Origin: Felis catus
Taxonomy: Eukaryota
DNA: 64,000 nt
Assembly (NCBI RefSeq): GCF_018350175.1
Contig: NC_058368.1
Location: 196,976,001-197,040,000 of the forward strand
Reading direction: 5' to 3'
A program made the position numbers and the translations under genes. How positions within the stretch are numbered: the stretch's first letter is position 1; each line of letters starts with the position of its first letter. A model generated the notes under the pieces. The model was not told the origin of the DNA. It was given only the letters and a program-made list of their open reading frames with translations, and ran no database searches. Shown piece by piece: positions 1 through 11,705 of this stretch.

Positions 1-121
1 GGGGGCAGAGGGAGAGGGAGAAAATGAGTCTTAAGCAGGCTGCACGCCCAGTGCGGACTCGATCCCATGACTGAGAGAACCTGAGTCAGACGCTCAACAG
101 ACTGAGGCACCCAGGCGCCCC
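1..121 (-). mobile_element. Can-SINE 5' portion, cut by the window edge
   Basis: Ends in CACCCAGGCGCCCC, the reverse complement of the Can-SINE head GGGGCGCCTGGGTG. Confidence 0.85.
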
Positions 122-235
122 TAGATTCAGAGCTTTTAAATGGCTCCTCCATCAAATGTTACTGCCCCCTAAAGAGATCAGCAAAAGCTCCCTAGTTTCA
201 GCTTTTTGAAAACAGAATTGTAATTCTCTCCTTAC

Positions 236-349
236 CGCTTCAGATCCTCTGTCCCCCCCCCTGTCCCCCGCTGCCCGCCCCTCTCCTGCTCACACTCTCT
301 CTCTCAAACATAAAAATAAACATTAAAAAAAACAACAACAAAAAACAAC
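236..349 (+). mobile_element. 5'-truncated Can-SINE (CT tract and A tail)
   Basis: CAGATCCTCTGTCCCC...(CT)n...AAAATAAACATTAAAA tail. Confidence 0.75.
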
Positions 350-669
350 GTGCTTTCAAAAGGTCAGTGTTGCAGGTCTACCTAAATCTGACCATTTTAA
401 TTCTTCTTCCTCCGTGCTGACCCTTCGAAAAGACTGAAGCGGAAGGGCTTTCTTACACTTCCCTAGTGCCTAAGAACCTGCCATCCCTTCTGCTTCCTAA
501 AAACCCATGGAAGCTGACTTGAACACGTATTTGAATCTGCTTACTAGCTGGCTCTAGAGCCCACGCTTGAGGTGGCTAGTTACGCTGGTTATGCTGTGTA
601 CCCCGGGATTTGAGATCCATGCGTTACAACGGCCACCCAAGTATCAGAGTTGACTCACCATGTCTCCCA

Positions 670-1300
670 ATGAATCTACTATTTTGCTGCCCCAAACCTG
701 CTTTTCCTCCTATAGTTGATTCTCTCTTGGGGAATGGAAGGCAACTGTAAGCAGAACACCTGAGAGCCTCCTTGGCTCTCTTATCAAGCCCAATTACTCA
801 CTGTCCTCACTGGTTTTGCCTACACTGGGCCTTTGTCACCTCTTATCCGAACTCCTGCCTTACACTCTGCTCTAGTCTCCTTGCCTTGGGTCTAACCTCT
901 CCAATCCATTCCATTCTCCACATCATTCTTCCTGAATGTGCCACACCCTTTTCCCCCTCCTTTCAAGACGCTGACCGAGCTCCAGGATCTGTCTCCTGCT
1001 TACCAACCTAACCCAGCTAATCTCTTGACTTCGATCCCGGCCCCAATCTCCTTCCCAACCCTCTACCCTCCAGATATGAACGCATTTCCCAGGACACATT
1101 ATCCCATCGTGTTTCCATGTACTTTCCCTGTGCTTACAGATGACTCCCACTTTCCCCTCCAGTCTGCCCGCTAATTCAATTCGAGTATTTCTAGAAAGTC
1201 TCACCAATTCCAGCAGAAAGGTTGACCATTCCCTCCTCGGTGCCCTCACTGCAGCACTTTCCTAACTGTGTTTGCTGTTGTATTTCTGCAATTATTCAGA
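670..1300 (+). mobile_element. Degraded L2 LINE fragments
   Basis: Pyrimidine-rich L2-like motifs (CCCCAAACCTGCTTTTCCTCC, CTCCAATCCATTCCATTCTCCAC). Confidence 0.5.
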
Positions 1301-1311
1301 CACACATTTCC

Positions 1312-1335
1312 CCTTTCTTTTTCTTTCTTTCTTTT

Positions 1336-1375
<40 letters not shown>

Positions 1376-1460
1376 TCCTTCTTTCTTTCCCTCCCTTCCT
1401 TCCTTCCTTCCTTCCTTCCTTCCTTCCTTCCTTCCTTCCTTCTTTCCTTCCTTCCTCTTT
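1312..1460. repeat. (CTTT)n/(CCTT)n compound microsatellite
   Basis: Directly visible tetranucleotide arrays; expanded SINE tail. Confidence 0.95.
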
Positions 1461-1469
1461 CTGCCTATG

Positions 1470-1622
1470 TGTATTTATTTTGGGGAGAGAGGCAGAGAGA
1501 GGAGACACAGAATCCCAAGCAGACTTCCTGCTGTCAGCACAGAGCCCAATGTGGAGCTCAAACTCACAAACTGAGATCATGACCTGAGCTGAAACCAAAA
1601 GTCTGAGCCACCCAGGTGCCCC
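1470..1622 (-). mobile_element. Can-SINE (older)
   Basis: GAGACACAGAATCCCAAGCAG...GAGCCACCCAGGTGCCCC. Confidence 0.85.
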
Positions 1623-1624
1623 AC

Positions 1625-1786
1625 TTTCTTTTTATTTTCTTTTTCTTTTTCTTTTCTTTTCTTTTCTTTTCTTTTCTTTTCTTTTCTCTTTTCTTTTCTC
1701 TTTTCTTCTTTTCTTTCCTTTTCTTTCTTTTTTTTCTTTTTCTTTTCTTTTCTCTTCTCTTCTTTTCTTTTCTTTCTTTTTTTTTT
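1625..1786. repeat. (CTTTT)n polypyrimidine microsatellite
   Basis: Directly visible; followed by a short SINE remnant (AAGTAATCTGTATGCCCAG). Confidence 0.95.
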
Positions 1787-2474
1787 AAGTAATCTGTATG
1801 CCCAGCCTGGGGCTTAAACTCACAGCCCCCTGTAGGTAAGTTTCTTGTGAAAAGTGGAGTGTGGATGGTCACCTTGCCTGTCACTGCTGATTTAGACTTT
1901 AATCTTCATACTCTTTTGCTCCTATGTCTGCTCAAAGACGTTTGAAAAGTGGTGCACCACCTTCAGGTATATATTAATGTATAATTTTAAGCGCACATCA
2001 ATTTTTTTCTCCCTTTTTTTCCCCTATAACCTTAAGTAGTTGCAAAGGGTGTGCTTGGAAGGTGTTGGCAGGGTGCAGCACGTTGGCTCCTCTTTTCTGA
2101 ACACCATTAGAATCCAGTTTTGAAATTTTGATCTTCAACTATATCCCCAAAGGCGGTCAATAAAAGGCATCTACAGCCTGGCCTCTTTCCAAGCAGCTAT
2201 GTTGGGTTGGGGCACTTGTTGAGGAACTAGAGACGCACCTTTTGGGGACAGCCCTGCCCACCTTCATCCTCTGAAAAAAGTTCACGGACACGTTCCGGCC
2301 AGAACGTTTACATCATTCTTTTCTCTCCCTCCAACTCCTCTTTTTCCATTTCACCTTCGTCTCAGAACTTTATCATACACGCTCTTCATTTCTGTGCCCT
2401 ACTGTCTTTTCATGGCCGCCCTATTGCGCTTTTTTTGAAACAAAAATACGCACTTAAATTCCAACTTTGATGTC

Positions 2475-2567
2475 TTTTAAGTAAGCTCTAAGCCCCACAT
2501 GGGGCTCAAACTCACGACCCCGAGATCAAGAGCTGTAAGTTGCACTGACGGAGGCCCACCAGGTGCC
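2475..2567 (-). mobile_element. Short-form Can-SINE
   Basis: AAGTAAGCTCTA...GGGGCTCAAACTCACGACCCCGAGATCAAGAG. Confidence 0.75.
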
Positions 2568-2580
2568 TCCTCCAATTTTA

Positions 2581-2807
2581 TTTTATTTTATTTAAAAGAA
2601 AATTTTTTTTTTAACATTTATTTATTTTTGAGACAGAGAGCATGAACAGGGGAGGGTCAGAGGAAGAGGGAGACATAGAATTTGACACAGGCTCCAGGCT
2701 CTGAGCTGTCAGAACAGAGCCCGATGTGGGGCTCGAACCCACGGACCGTGAGATCATGACCTGAGCCGAAGTCGGACGCTTAACCGACTGAGCCATCCAG
2801 GCGCCCC
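2581..2807 (-). mobile_element. Feline Can-SINE with TSD TCCAATTTTA
   Basis: Full-length; TSD at 2571-2580 and 2808-2817. Confidence 0.95.
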
Positions 2808-4419
2808 TCCAATTTTAATTTCCAATTTCTTGTGACTATAAACCTTGACGTGTCATTTCCTCTGGCTAGAGATGCCATTGCGGTTATGATACTTCCTTGA
2901 TCAGAGCCACCCACGTGCATTAGAAATTTGGGTAGCGATTTGAATATGGAGCGTTGAATTTTGTTTAATAAGATGGATTTTTTACAATGCATACTCGCGT
3001 ATATATACATTGATCGACGCTATTTATTCCCGGGCTGAGATAGGCGTCGCCACCAGCCCTGCCCCCTACTTTTCATTTTCATCCACGTCTGAGTTTTGAA
3101 GCCCTTTGCTCACACCATTATATGGGACTGGAAGGGGGTTGGTTATTACAGTACCACTCGCTTCTTTGAATTCTTTCCAACATACATGCCAAGAATTACT
3201 CGGGGAGCTTTTGTAAAAAATTAACCAACAATTCCATTAGGCCTTCCTTCAGTGCTGTGCCATGGAAGCCTCTCTTTGCTAAGGCTGTTTCCCTGAAGGA
3301 GCTTCCAGAACGAGGTAGAGCGGTTTACAATATATATGACCCCTGGTTGGAGGCCCGTGAGAACAGAAGCCGACTTCTGCGGGCTCCGAGGCCCTCAGGA
3401 AGCCTCCAGTCATTCTCTGACAGCTTGGGCCTATCCCTTTCCCTCTCCGGGTTGGAATCTCTGGATCTGGTGCCGGCCGGAGAGTCTCTCGAGCTGAAAA
3501 TCGGGATTGTTCTCTGCCTCCCACTCCGTCAACTCCTCTCCTCGAGCTGTCTGTCTCCGCAGGACAAAGACTCACCCTGTGTCATCAGCCAATCAATCCA
3601 GTGATCTAAAGTGATGTTTTTGGGCCATTTACAATCAGCTCTTATACAACGTAGGGAACAAGCAGGCTCTGCCCAGTTCACTAAACCACTCTAGAAAATT
3701 GTGTGCCACTGGCCCCAACTCGCCTCCGTTAGCATTTTAGTTCAGGGCATCAACTTTCCTTCCGATCTGGGCCTGCTTGGATCCTTGCCTCTTTCGGACC
3801 ACATTCATTATCTCAGGTTTCACCAGGACCCTCTCCTCGGCTTGCTCCCGTTTCTAACGAGGATGGACTCGCCACCTCAGAGCCGTGTAGATCGGTGACT
3901 TCTTGCATCGTTAGCCTTTCCTCTGAAACGGAAACAGAATCCCCTCTGCTCCTGGAAGGCAGCTTGATGCCTTGGAAATAGCACGGAAGCTGGTGGCGAC
4001 AGACGCCAAGTTCACTAGGCTTCGCTCTGTCACCGACAGCGAGCCAGGTTAGCTCTGTTCTCTACCAGGGACACGCAGTCCTGCATCTAAACGACTGGAT
4101 ACGAATGTTTTCCCAGTCGTGTCCTCCTACCCAGGATCATGGGGAATTCAATAGAAGCTTTCTGTCTAGATAGTGCCAAGCACACAGTCAGCTGTTGACG
4201 AACCCGTTAGTGGCCAGTGTGAATATCCGAGAGGAAGCTATTCCCCAGAATCCGAGGCCGGTCTCGGGAGGAAATCTTTCTCGTGATCTCAGGGCACATG
4301 GTGGATCCGGTAGATTCCGACGGAGGAAGACAGAATGCTAGGCGGTGAGCAGATCTGGAGGTCTGAAGCGTTGTCTCCTTAAGCGCCCCCCACCCCCGTC
4401 CAGGCAGGAAGAGCCAGGG

Positions 4420-4920
4420 CCTTCCTGGGGCCGGGGCGGGCAGGGGGAGGGGGCGGAAGGGCTGTTCTGCCAGCTCGCAGCCACCCAGCTGGTTTCCACA
4501 GCTCTTCTCAAGGCGAGTGGGGCACCGCCCAGGCTGTGGGTGAGTCACGGTAGCTGCCTGTCTGGGCAGGAGTTGGCCCTACCTGCCTCGCGGACGGAGT
4601 GCTGGGGCACCTGGGAGGGCCAGCCCTGGCCTGTGGCGGCCGCCGGGAGGAGCCGGCTCCCCCAGCCCCGAGCTGGACAAGAGGAAAGGCTCCCGGGGGA
4701 GCAAGGAAAGAGCCTGCACCAGGCGGCCGAGGCCCACAGCCGGGAGGAGGCCCAGGCCACGCCGGCAGATAGCCATGGTCCTCGGGGAGGCCGGGCGGGG
4801 GACAGGAGTCTCCGAGGATCCGGGTGTGGCTTCCGGGCCGCTCACCAGCTCTGTGACTCCAGGCCAATGACTCCCCTCAACTCCAGAGGAGGCGAGGGTG
4901 CCCGCCCCACGGGGCTTTCG
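4420..4920 (+). promoter_or_regulatory. GC/CpG-rich promoter- or enhancer-like element
   Basis: GC boxes GGGGCGGG/GGGGCGGA near 4433-4458, AP-1 TGAGTCA 4541-4547 overlapping donor-like GG|GTGAGT at 4540, raised CpG. Confidence 0.4.
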
Positions 4921-5511
4921 GGAAACCGCAATGTTTCCTAAAACAAAGGTCCATATGAAGGACTCAGCAGAGGCCTAGCTGACGGAGGTGAGGGCACCTT
5001 AGGAGGTGAGGGCACTCTAGCCAGAGCCAAAAGGAGGGTCTGGGGCTAGAAAGTGAGGTCCTTCTGAGGACTGAGGTGGCTGCTGAGTAGTCAGTGCGGG
5101 CAGGGGAAGGGAGCGGCGAGCGGGGAGGTGCCTCGACTGTGGGGGTCACGAAGACCGGATTATGGAGGCAGGCTTTGGCTCCCTAAGTCACGGGGAGCCT
5201 GTGACTGTGTCTGCGGGAGGAGGGGTGACTTCAGGTCTCTGGAATGCAGAGCTATACCGCGTCGTCTTCCAGCGTAAGGCCTGGCACGTTTCCTCGGTGA
5301 GGTGACATAGGCAATGAGGACAAGGCAAAACGTCAGCCTGCCTGGGACACGCTTGTGCTTCACCCTGAGAGAATTCAGGAGCCAGGGAGTGACCCGAGGC
5401 AGAGCTCTAGGAGCCCCCTGATCTGAGCTCCTCGAGGCCCAGGCCCCCGTGTAGAGAGAAGTCAGGGTGCAGCACTCGCTCTGGCTCCCGTTGTAGAATG
5501 AAAGAAAAATC

Positions 5512-5608
5512 AGGAGGTCAGTCGTTGGAACATGTGACTCTTGATCTTCGGGGTGTGGGCTGGAGCCCCAGCTTGAGTGTAGAGATTACTTAAATATAAA
5601 ATTTTAAA
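5512..5608 (+). mobile_element. Short-form Can-SINE
   Basis: CATGTGACTCTTGATCTTCGGGG...GTGTAGAGATTACTTAAA. Confidence 0.7.
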
Positions 5609-6329
5609 CGAAAACCAGGAGCCCCTGGGCCAGCCCCTCATTTCACAGGGAGGAGAAGAGCCCAGAGCTGGAGTTCCATGTGCACAAGCCACACGGCAGG
5701 TGGTGAGAGAGCAGGCCTACGGATGTGGGGCTCCTCCTTTCTCTCCGTCCCTCCCCCTGAAGAAAGGGCCTTGTGGCAGGGAGGGACACCTCGGCCGCCG
5801 TGCCCCAACAGGGCCCTGTGCACCTCCCCCAGGCCCAAGATGTGGGCTCTCACGTCAGGGAGAGGAGATGAGGTCAGCAGTTCTGGGAGCGCGAGAGGAG
5901 GCACCGCCCTGCCTGGGATGATCCGTCTCTGCCTCACCTCTCCCTCCCTGGCTCCGGGCAGGAGTTTCTATTGAACCGGGCTGGGCAGGCTTCGCCTCCT
6001 TGGAAAGCCTCCAGAGGCATTGCAAGGAAGCAGTCCCTGTCTGCAGCTGCGTTCTCCAAAGGCCCTGCGCGCCCTGTCCAGAGGGGCTCGGGGCTGCGCC
6101 TCCCCCTCTCCCAGGGCACCGGGCCCCTTCCCCTTCCCTCCAGCGCAGAGGTGCTCAGGTGGGAGAGCAGAGGCGCAGTGCCCTGAGTGAGCTACGGGAC
6201 TTGCTGAGTCATCCTTCACAAATATGCAGCCAGGTCCCAAACTCCTCCTCTTGTCCAGTAACGCCCAGGTCTGAACAAGTTCTGACTCTCATTCCCCGCC
6301 CCCCCCTTCCCATCACCTCCCAGACTGTA

Positions 6330-6770
6330 GTTCTGTGACTCTCCCTTAATCGCCCCTTCCGGCCAACCTGACCCCTCACTGCTTCCCTCTTGCCAAACGT
6401 GACCACCCACCGGTCTCAGGACATTTGCACTTGGGGCCGTCCCCCAGAGTCTTCCTGATCTGTGCTGAAATGTCCCCCTCTCAGGGAGGGCTTCCTGGAT
6501 CCCCCTGTTTGAAGATGCCACCTGCCCTTCAGTCCTCACCTCTTTCCCTGTTTTATTTTTCTCCAACTAACATACTATATACTTCACCTGTTACTTTAAA
6601 GTAACCGTCATCTCCACCCCACCAGGAAGGCAGCAACATGAGAGCAGATGTTTCTGTTCATTCACTGCTGGGTGCTCGGGATGTCACGTAGCGCCTGGCA
6701 CGTAGCAGGCCCCCCACGAACCCCTGGTGAACACTGAGTGGATAAATGAGGGAACGACTAAATAGATTAA
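6330..6770 (+). mobile_element. L2 LINE 3' end
   Basis: GGACATTTGCACTT...GCCTGGCACGTAGCAGG...GGATAAATGA resembles the L2 terminus. Confidence 0.7.
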
Positions 6771-6887
6771 GAGAGCAACAGAAGCTTCTTTGCTCTCCTG
6801 GGCAGAGGGCGTCCCCGCTCCCCGCTCAGGAACTCCTGAAAAGTACAGTACTCTACAGACTTTGTAAGAGGGAATTGACCAAACGGT

Positions 6888-6909
6888 GGGGGGGGGGGGG
6901 GGGGGGGGG
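6888..6909. repeat. G22 homopolymer
   Basis: Directly visible. Confidence 0.95.
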
Positions 6910-7039
6910 CGCCGCCAGGCAATCACCACCTCCACCGCCCTCCTCCAATCCCGTCTTTTATTTTTCAGAGAACTGAGTCCACCCCTCTTGCCCCAGTCAA
7001 AACCCCTCTGGTTTCTTCACATCTGTCTGATCCACTGGA

Positions 7040-7500
7040 GGTAGAAATGAGATACAATAAAAGGCACAAGTCCGAAGCATGCAGCTTGATGACTTTTTAC
7101 ATAGTGGTAACCACCACCCAATCCAAGATGTGAGCCATTTCTACCCCCCCCCCCCCCGGGGGCTTCCCAAAGGCAGCTACGCTCCTGATTTTATCGTCAC
7201 AGAATTGGCTGTCTCTGTTTCAGAACCTCACCTAAGTGACTGGCACAGTATGTGTGCTTTTGTGGCTAGTTTTTATTTTTATTTTAGAGAGACAAAAGCA
7301 GGGGAGAGGGGCGGAGGGAGAGGGAGGGAGAATCCTAACCAGGCTCCAAGCTCAGGTCCCACGCCCCCGGGGATCATGACGGGAGCCGAAATCAAGAATT
7401 AGAGGCTCAACCGACTAAACCACCCAGGTGCCCCTGTGCCTGGCGTTTTTGGCCCAGCGTTGTGTTCATGAAGTTTCTCCACGTAGCACAGGAGTTTGCT
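7040..7500 (-). mobile_element. Old L1 3' UTR fragment interrupted by a Can-SINE (~7270-7433, -)
   Basis: L1M-like GTAACCACCACCCAATCCAAGAT and CAGTATGTGTGCTTTTGTG; SINE head CACCCAGGTGCCCC. Confidence 0.6.
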
Positions 7501-7749
7501 CTTTTTTTTTTTTTTTTTTACTGCCGTACAGATTCCTCCTCACATCTTCTCGAGTCAGGATTACATGGTGTGGGCCAGTTCTTCCGTCGGGCCTAACGGA
7601 GAACCTGGGGGAGCCCCCACCCTCGCTCAGCCCTCCGGTCTCTGGCGTTTTGTGGACGCACAGGCTGGAGAGGAGCTCATTTGCTCCGCTCCGGACTTGG
7701 GGACCTCATCATAGTGCTTGGAAGGCCGACCAGCATCATGGCTGAGGGC

Positions 7750-7960
7750 TGGGCCCTAGAATCCGGCTCGGGCTCAAACTGCTCATCTGCTACTTCTTGG
7801 GAAGGTGACCGGGCAAGTCACTAAGCCTTTACTTCTTGTCTTCATCTATAGAATGCAGATATATTTATACTACTGACTATATGGCATTGCTCTGAATATC
7901 ACAGAAAATGATCCGTGAGTCTGGTACTCAGGGCTGGCAGAGGTTGCACAAACGCTCGTT
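7750..7960 (+). mobile_element. MIR SINE
   Basis: GTGACCGGGCAAGTCACTAAGCC...TTCATCTATAGAATG core. Confidence 0.7.
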
Positions 7961-8939
7961 ATTTTTGTGACGGCTTAGACCATCAGACACGCCTCCACAA
8001 TTGTCTTTATTGGGATCTTTGCCCAATAGGCCAACCCATAGCTCTTTCCTGGTCATCTCCCCTCACCCCCACAGTGCTGCCTGCTTAAGCCTCAATTTCC
8101 TCAACTCGCCTAACATTTTATGAATGAGCACGGAAGAAATACACGGAACACAGGGACCATTTACGAGCACCATAACGAAAGCCTTGTATCCTCATTGCAG
8201 AGGATTCCTTAAGAGACCTTCGTTCGGGACTTTGAACTTGAGCTTTACAAAGTGCTGAGTGAAGAAGTAGCTTAGGCACAGAAGGCAGGCACCAATTTGA
8301 GATTCAATCTGCTCTCCCAGATGGAGAAGCCTGAGCCACTCACACCCACTCCTCATGGTCTGTTGCCTCCCAGCGAGAAAGCTGCCATCCCCACGATGAG
8401 GCCACGCACGAGACACAGCCCCACTGCGGGGGCCTGGGCACGTTATGGGAACACCAATGTCACCCCATGACTCAGCCCCTCAGGACTACCGGCCGGGCCC
8501 CAGTGACGTGTCAGGTGTGGTGACTGTGTCGAGGGGCACCTGGGGAGCACTTAGCGACCCCGGTGGCAACCATCACCTCCCCTCGAACCGTCACGGAGGA
8601 TTGATAACAGCAGGGGTAGTTTCGGATATGGGCGGGCGATGGACAGTTTGTGGGTCCCACGCTAAGTGGGACTCCGTGCCTCTGGGGAGCCACTGCCGCC
8701 TTTGTCGATGGGTGAGGTGAGGTGTGAGGCCCAGCAGTGAGTGCCAGCATCCCTCCACCCGGCCCCAATGCAGGGATGCCCTGTCCCTGCGGCAGTCACC
8801 CCACAGGACTCGCTGCCACCACCTTGCAGTGAGATAACACTTTGCCCGTGAGGACATCTGTCGAGGGATTACTCTGCGGCCCGCACTAGATGCATTAGCT
8901 CGTTTAATCCGTTGAGCAGGTCCGCGGGGTGGTTTGGGG

Positions 8940-9125
8940 GGTTGAACTGCGTGCCTCCCCGACGGAAGTTGAAGTCCCAACCCCGGGACCTGTGAGTGTG
9001 ACCTTCTTGGAACCCGTCTCGTCTCCGCAGATGATCAAGCTCAGATGAGGTCGTGAGGGTGGGCCCTTATCCTGCAGGACTGGTGTCCTTACAGAAAGGG
9101 GAGATTTGGACACTGAGACATGCAC
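8940..9125 (+). mobile_element. MLT1 (MaLR) LTR fragment
   Basis: GTTGAAGTCCCAACCCC...GAGTGTGACCTT...GACTGGTGTCCTTACAGAAAGGGGAGATTTGGACAC. Confidence 0.75.
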
Positions 9126-9750
9126 CCGGGCCGCTGGGATGAGGGAGTAGCTGAGGTGGGCCTAGGAGAGTCCTCAAGAAGGCTGCTTGCTCCCTGACAG
9201 GTGGGCAGGTGCCCTCCACCGCTGGGGACGTCCACATCCACTCCCACTCGCTGCAGCCTGGCGGCCTCCCCCCACCCTCCTTTCCTTAAAGGCCTAGAGA
9301 ACTAAGTGCTGAGTCAGTGGCCCCTCCGGAAAGCAGGTGCAGCTACAGGCCCCAGGCTGCAGAGGGGAGGGCAGGGGGCTGCGCCTGCACGTGCACATAC
9401 ACACACGCACACGCGCACGCACGCGCACACACACGCAGGGCTGGGGACTGGCGGGGTGCTAGCTTGGGGATGGAAGAGCCCGGAAGTGGTGCCCCCTTCC
9501 CTCATGGGCCCTGCAGTACCCCCGGCAGAGGTGCAGACCCTGCCAAGGCCATAGGGTGGGTCAGCAGGGGGCCAGCAGGAAAGGAAGGGGTGGCCAGGGC
9601 AGAGGGTGTGGAGTGGGGGAGAGAGCTGGGGCCCTGACATCAGGTGCGCCTGGGTTCCCGCTGCGTTTTCTTCACTCGCTGGCTGCTGAATTTGGTCTGT
9701 CCTCCCTCAGCCTCAGTCTCCCCATCTGTAAATCAGAAATAAACAACCGC

Positions 9751-9970
9751 GGGGCGCCCGGGTGGCTCAGTCGGTTAAGCGTCCAACTTTGGCTTCGGTC
9801 ATGATCTCACAGTTCGTGGGTTCGAGGCCCACGTCGGGCTCTGTGCTGACAGCTCAGAGCCTAGAGCCTGCTTTGAAATCTGTGTGTCCCTCCCTCTTTC
9901 TCTCTCTGCCCTCCCCCCCACTCGCGCTCTGTCTCTCTCTCAAAAATAAACACTAAGAAAAAAAAGAAAG
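9751..9970 (+). mobile_element. Feline Can-SINE inserted in a MIR
   Basis: Full head, CT tract and tail; MIR core CCTCAGTCTCCCCATCTGTAAA immediately upstream. Confidence 0.92.
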
Positions 9971-10003
9971 CAATCATAGGGCCTTCTCTTAGAAAGCAGC
10001 GGC

Positions 10004-10227
10004 GGGGCGCCTGGGTGGCGCAGTCGGTTAAGCGTCCGACTTCAGCCAGGTCACGATCTCGAGGTCCGTGAGTTCGAGCCCCGCGTCAGGCTCTGGGCTG
10101 ATGGCTCAGAGCCTGGAGCCTGTTTCCGATTCTGTGTCTCCCTCTCTCTCTGCCCCTCCCCCGTTCATGCTCTGTCTCTCTCTGTCCCAAAAATAAATAA
10201 AAGTTGAAAAAAAAAAATTAAAAAAAA
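10004..10227 (+). mobile_element. Young feline Can-SINE with TSD AGAAAGCAGCGGC
   Basis: Perfect TSD 9991-10003 and 10228-10240; CpGs retained. Confidence 0.97.
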
Positions 10228-11594
10228 AGAAAGCAGCGGCAATTTCTAAAAGCCCTCGCTTAGCACAGTCCCTGATGTGGAGTGAGGACACGATACGTGT
10301 CACTGGTCGTTGTCATTGTAGTTATGGGAATGCCCCTGGGCCATCCTGAGAAGAAACACGGTATGGACAGAGCAAGGTCTTGTGTGCCCTGTACGGAGAG
10401 GCATCCGGGTCCCTGCCTGGCTCTGCACAGCTTCCTTGGGTGAACTTGGGGGAGTACACGGGAGCCAGTGTGTGCCTTTTGAAGCTTCTGCAGCAGGAGG
10501 CTGGGAGAAGAAGGGGGCCTGGACTGGGGACGTGGTTTTAGCCAAGTGGAGGGACCCAATTAGCGACTCTCTTTTTTCTTTTTAGCTTTACTTTTGACTT
10601 TTTCTTTTCCTTTAGTTATTTTTTTAACAGCAGCAGAGCTCTTTGTCCAAAAACAATCTTGGGCAGAAACCCAGTAGATGACAGAGATACAGGCAGCATG
10701 CCAGGGGAACGTGGCCTAGGGCTCCAGAATCCTCCCCTCCCGGGCATCCCCCCACCCCCCCCGCCGATGCCCGCCACTCAACAGCCCCCCAGGACTTCTC
10801 GGGGCAACCCATGGACTGAGTGACCCCCTGATCCTAATGCCCCATCTTCAGTCTAGAAATGCATTAGCCTTCTGTCTGGTCCCTTCCAACATGAAAGAAG
10901 TTTTGATGTTCTGCCTCTTTCCCTGTGTGCATACTGTGTGCATAGCCCGCTGTGTCCAGGAGCCAGGGCGCCCCCGGGGTGGATGTGATGGAGAGGGGGA
11001 CCATCTTCCTCTCCTTCACGTGAAAATGAATTGGGGGTACGCCACTGTGAAGGAGTCACCAAATTAAAGATGGAAGTAGTCCTCTGGCTTATTAACTGGA
11101 CCACGTACCCTTTGCTTACTGACTTCCAAGAGCTGAAGGATGGTGTTCCAGCAAGTGTGTGTCCGGGGCAGGGACGGAGTCCCTTGGCTTGCTCCGCACC
11201 CGTCAGACGCCAAGGGGAGCAGGGTCTTCAGTTCTGGGTCTACTGTGCTTGCCTCATGTCTGTGGCCAAGGTCACACTCCAATTTTTTTCCCTCACGCTC
11301 TCATAGGAGTTGCCGGACAGACACCAAGAGAAAGTGGCCCCTCAGAGAGCCTCACTTTTCCTTTATTCCCATGGTCTGCAGGGCCAACAGCCAAGCAGGC
11401 ATCGCCTTTGCACCTGCAGGTGGAATTCACCAGTGGTGAGGACTGACCTGCTGAGGTTCAGGGACTGTGGTGTGGGAGGGGTCCCGGGGCTCTGCGCTCA
11501 GGATCCCGGAGACCGCGGATCAGGGATGTGTCTTACTCATGGGCTTTCATGGGAATCCTGCATATTGACCTCTTGCCGTTTTTGTCTATTAACC

Positions 11595-11621
11595 TTCTTT
11601 TTTAAAAATTTTTAAAAAATG

Positions 11622-11653
<32 letters not shown>

Positions 11654-11705
11654 CAGGGCAGGGGCAGAGGGAGAGGGAGACACAGAATCCAAAGCAGACT
11701 CCAGC
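11595..11705 (-). mobile_element. 5'-truncated Can-SINE with (GA)n
   Basis: (GA)n GCAGGGGCAGAGGGAGAGGGAGACACAGAATCC. Confidence 0.8.

Noticed and set aside
1222..1884. Phe/Leu/Ser-rich and Lys/Arg/Glu-rich ORFs
   Set aside because: Translations of microsatellites and SINE sequence.
3195..3245. HNF1-like GGTTAATTTTTTAC (minus)
   Set aside because: Lies in what looks like a MER5-type remnant (AGAATTACTCGGGGAGCTTTTGTAAAAA); likely coincidental.
4984..5015. GGAGGTGAGGGCAC twice in tandem
   Set aside because: Small slippage duplication with no further structure.
9751..9830. tRNA-like A/B boxes in SINE heads
   Set aside because: tRNA-derived SINE promoters, not tRNA genes; they continue into SINE body and tail.
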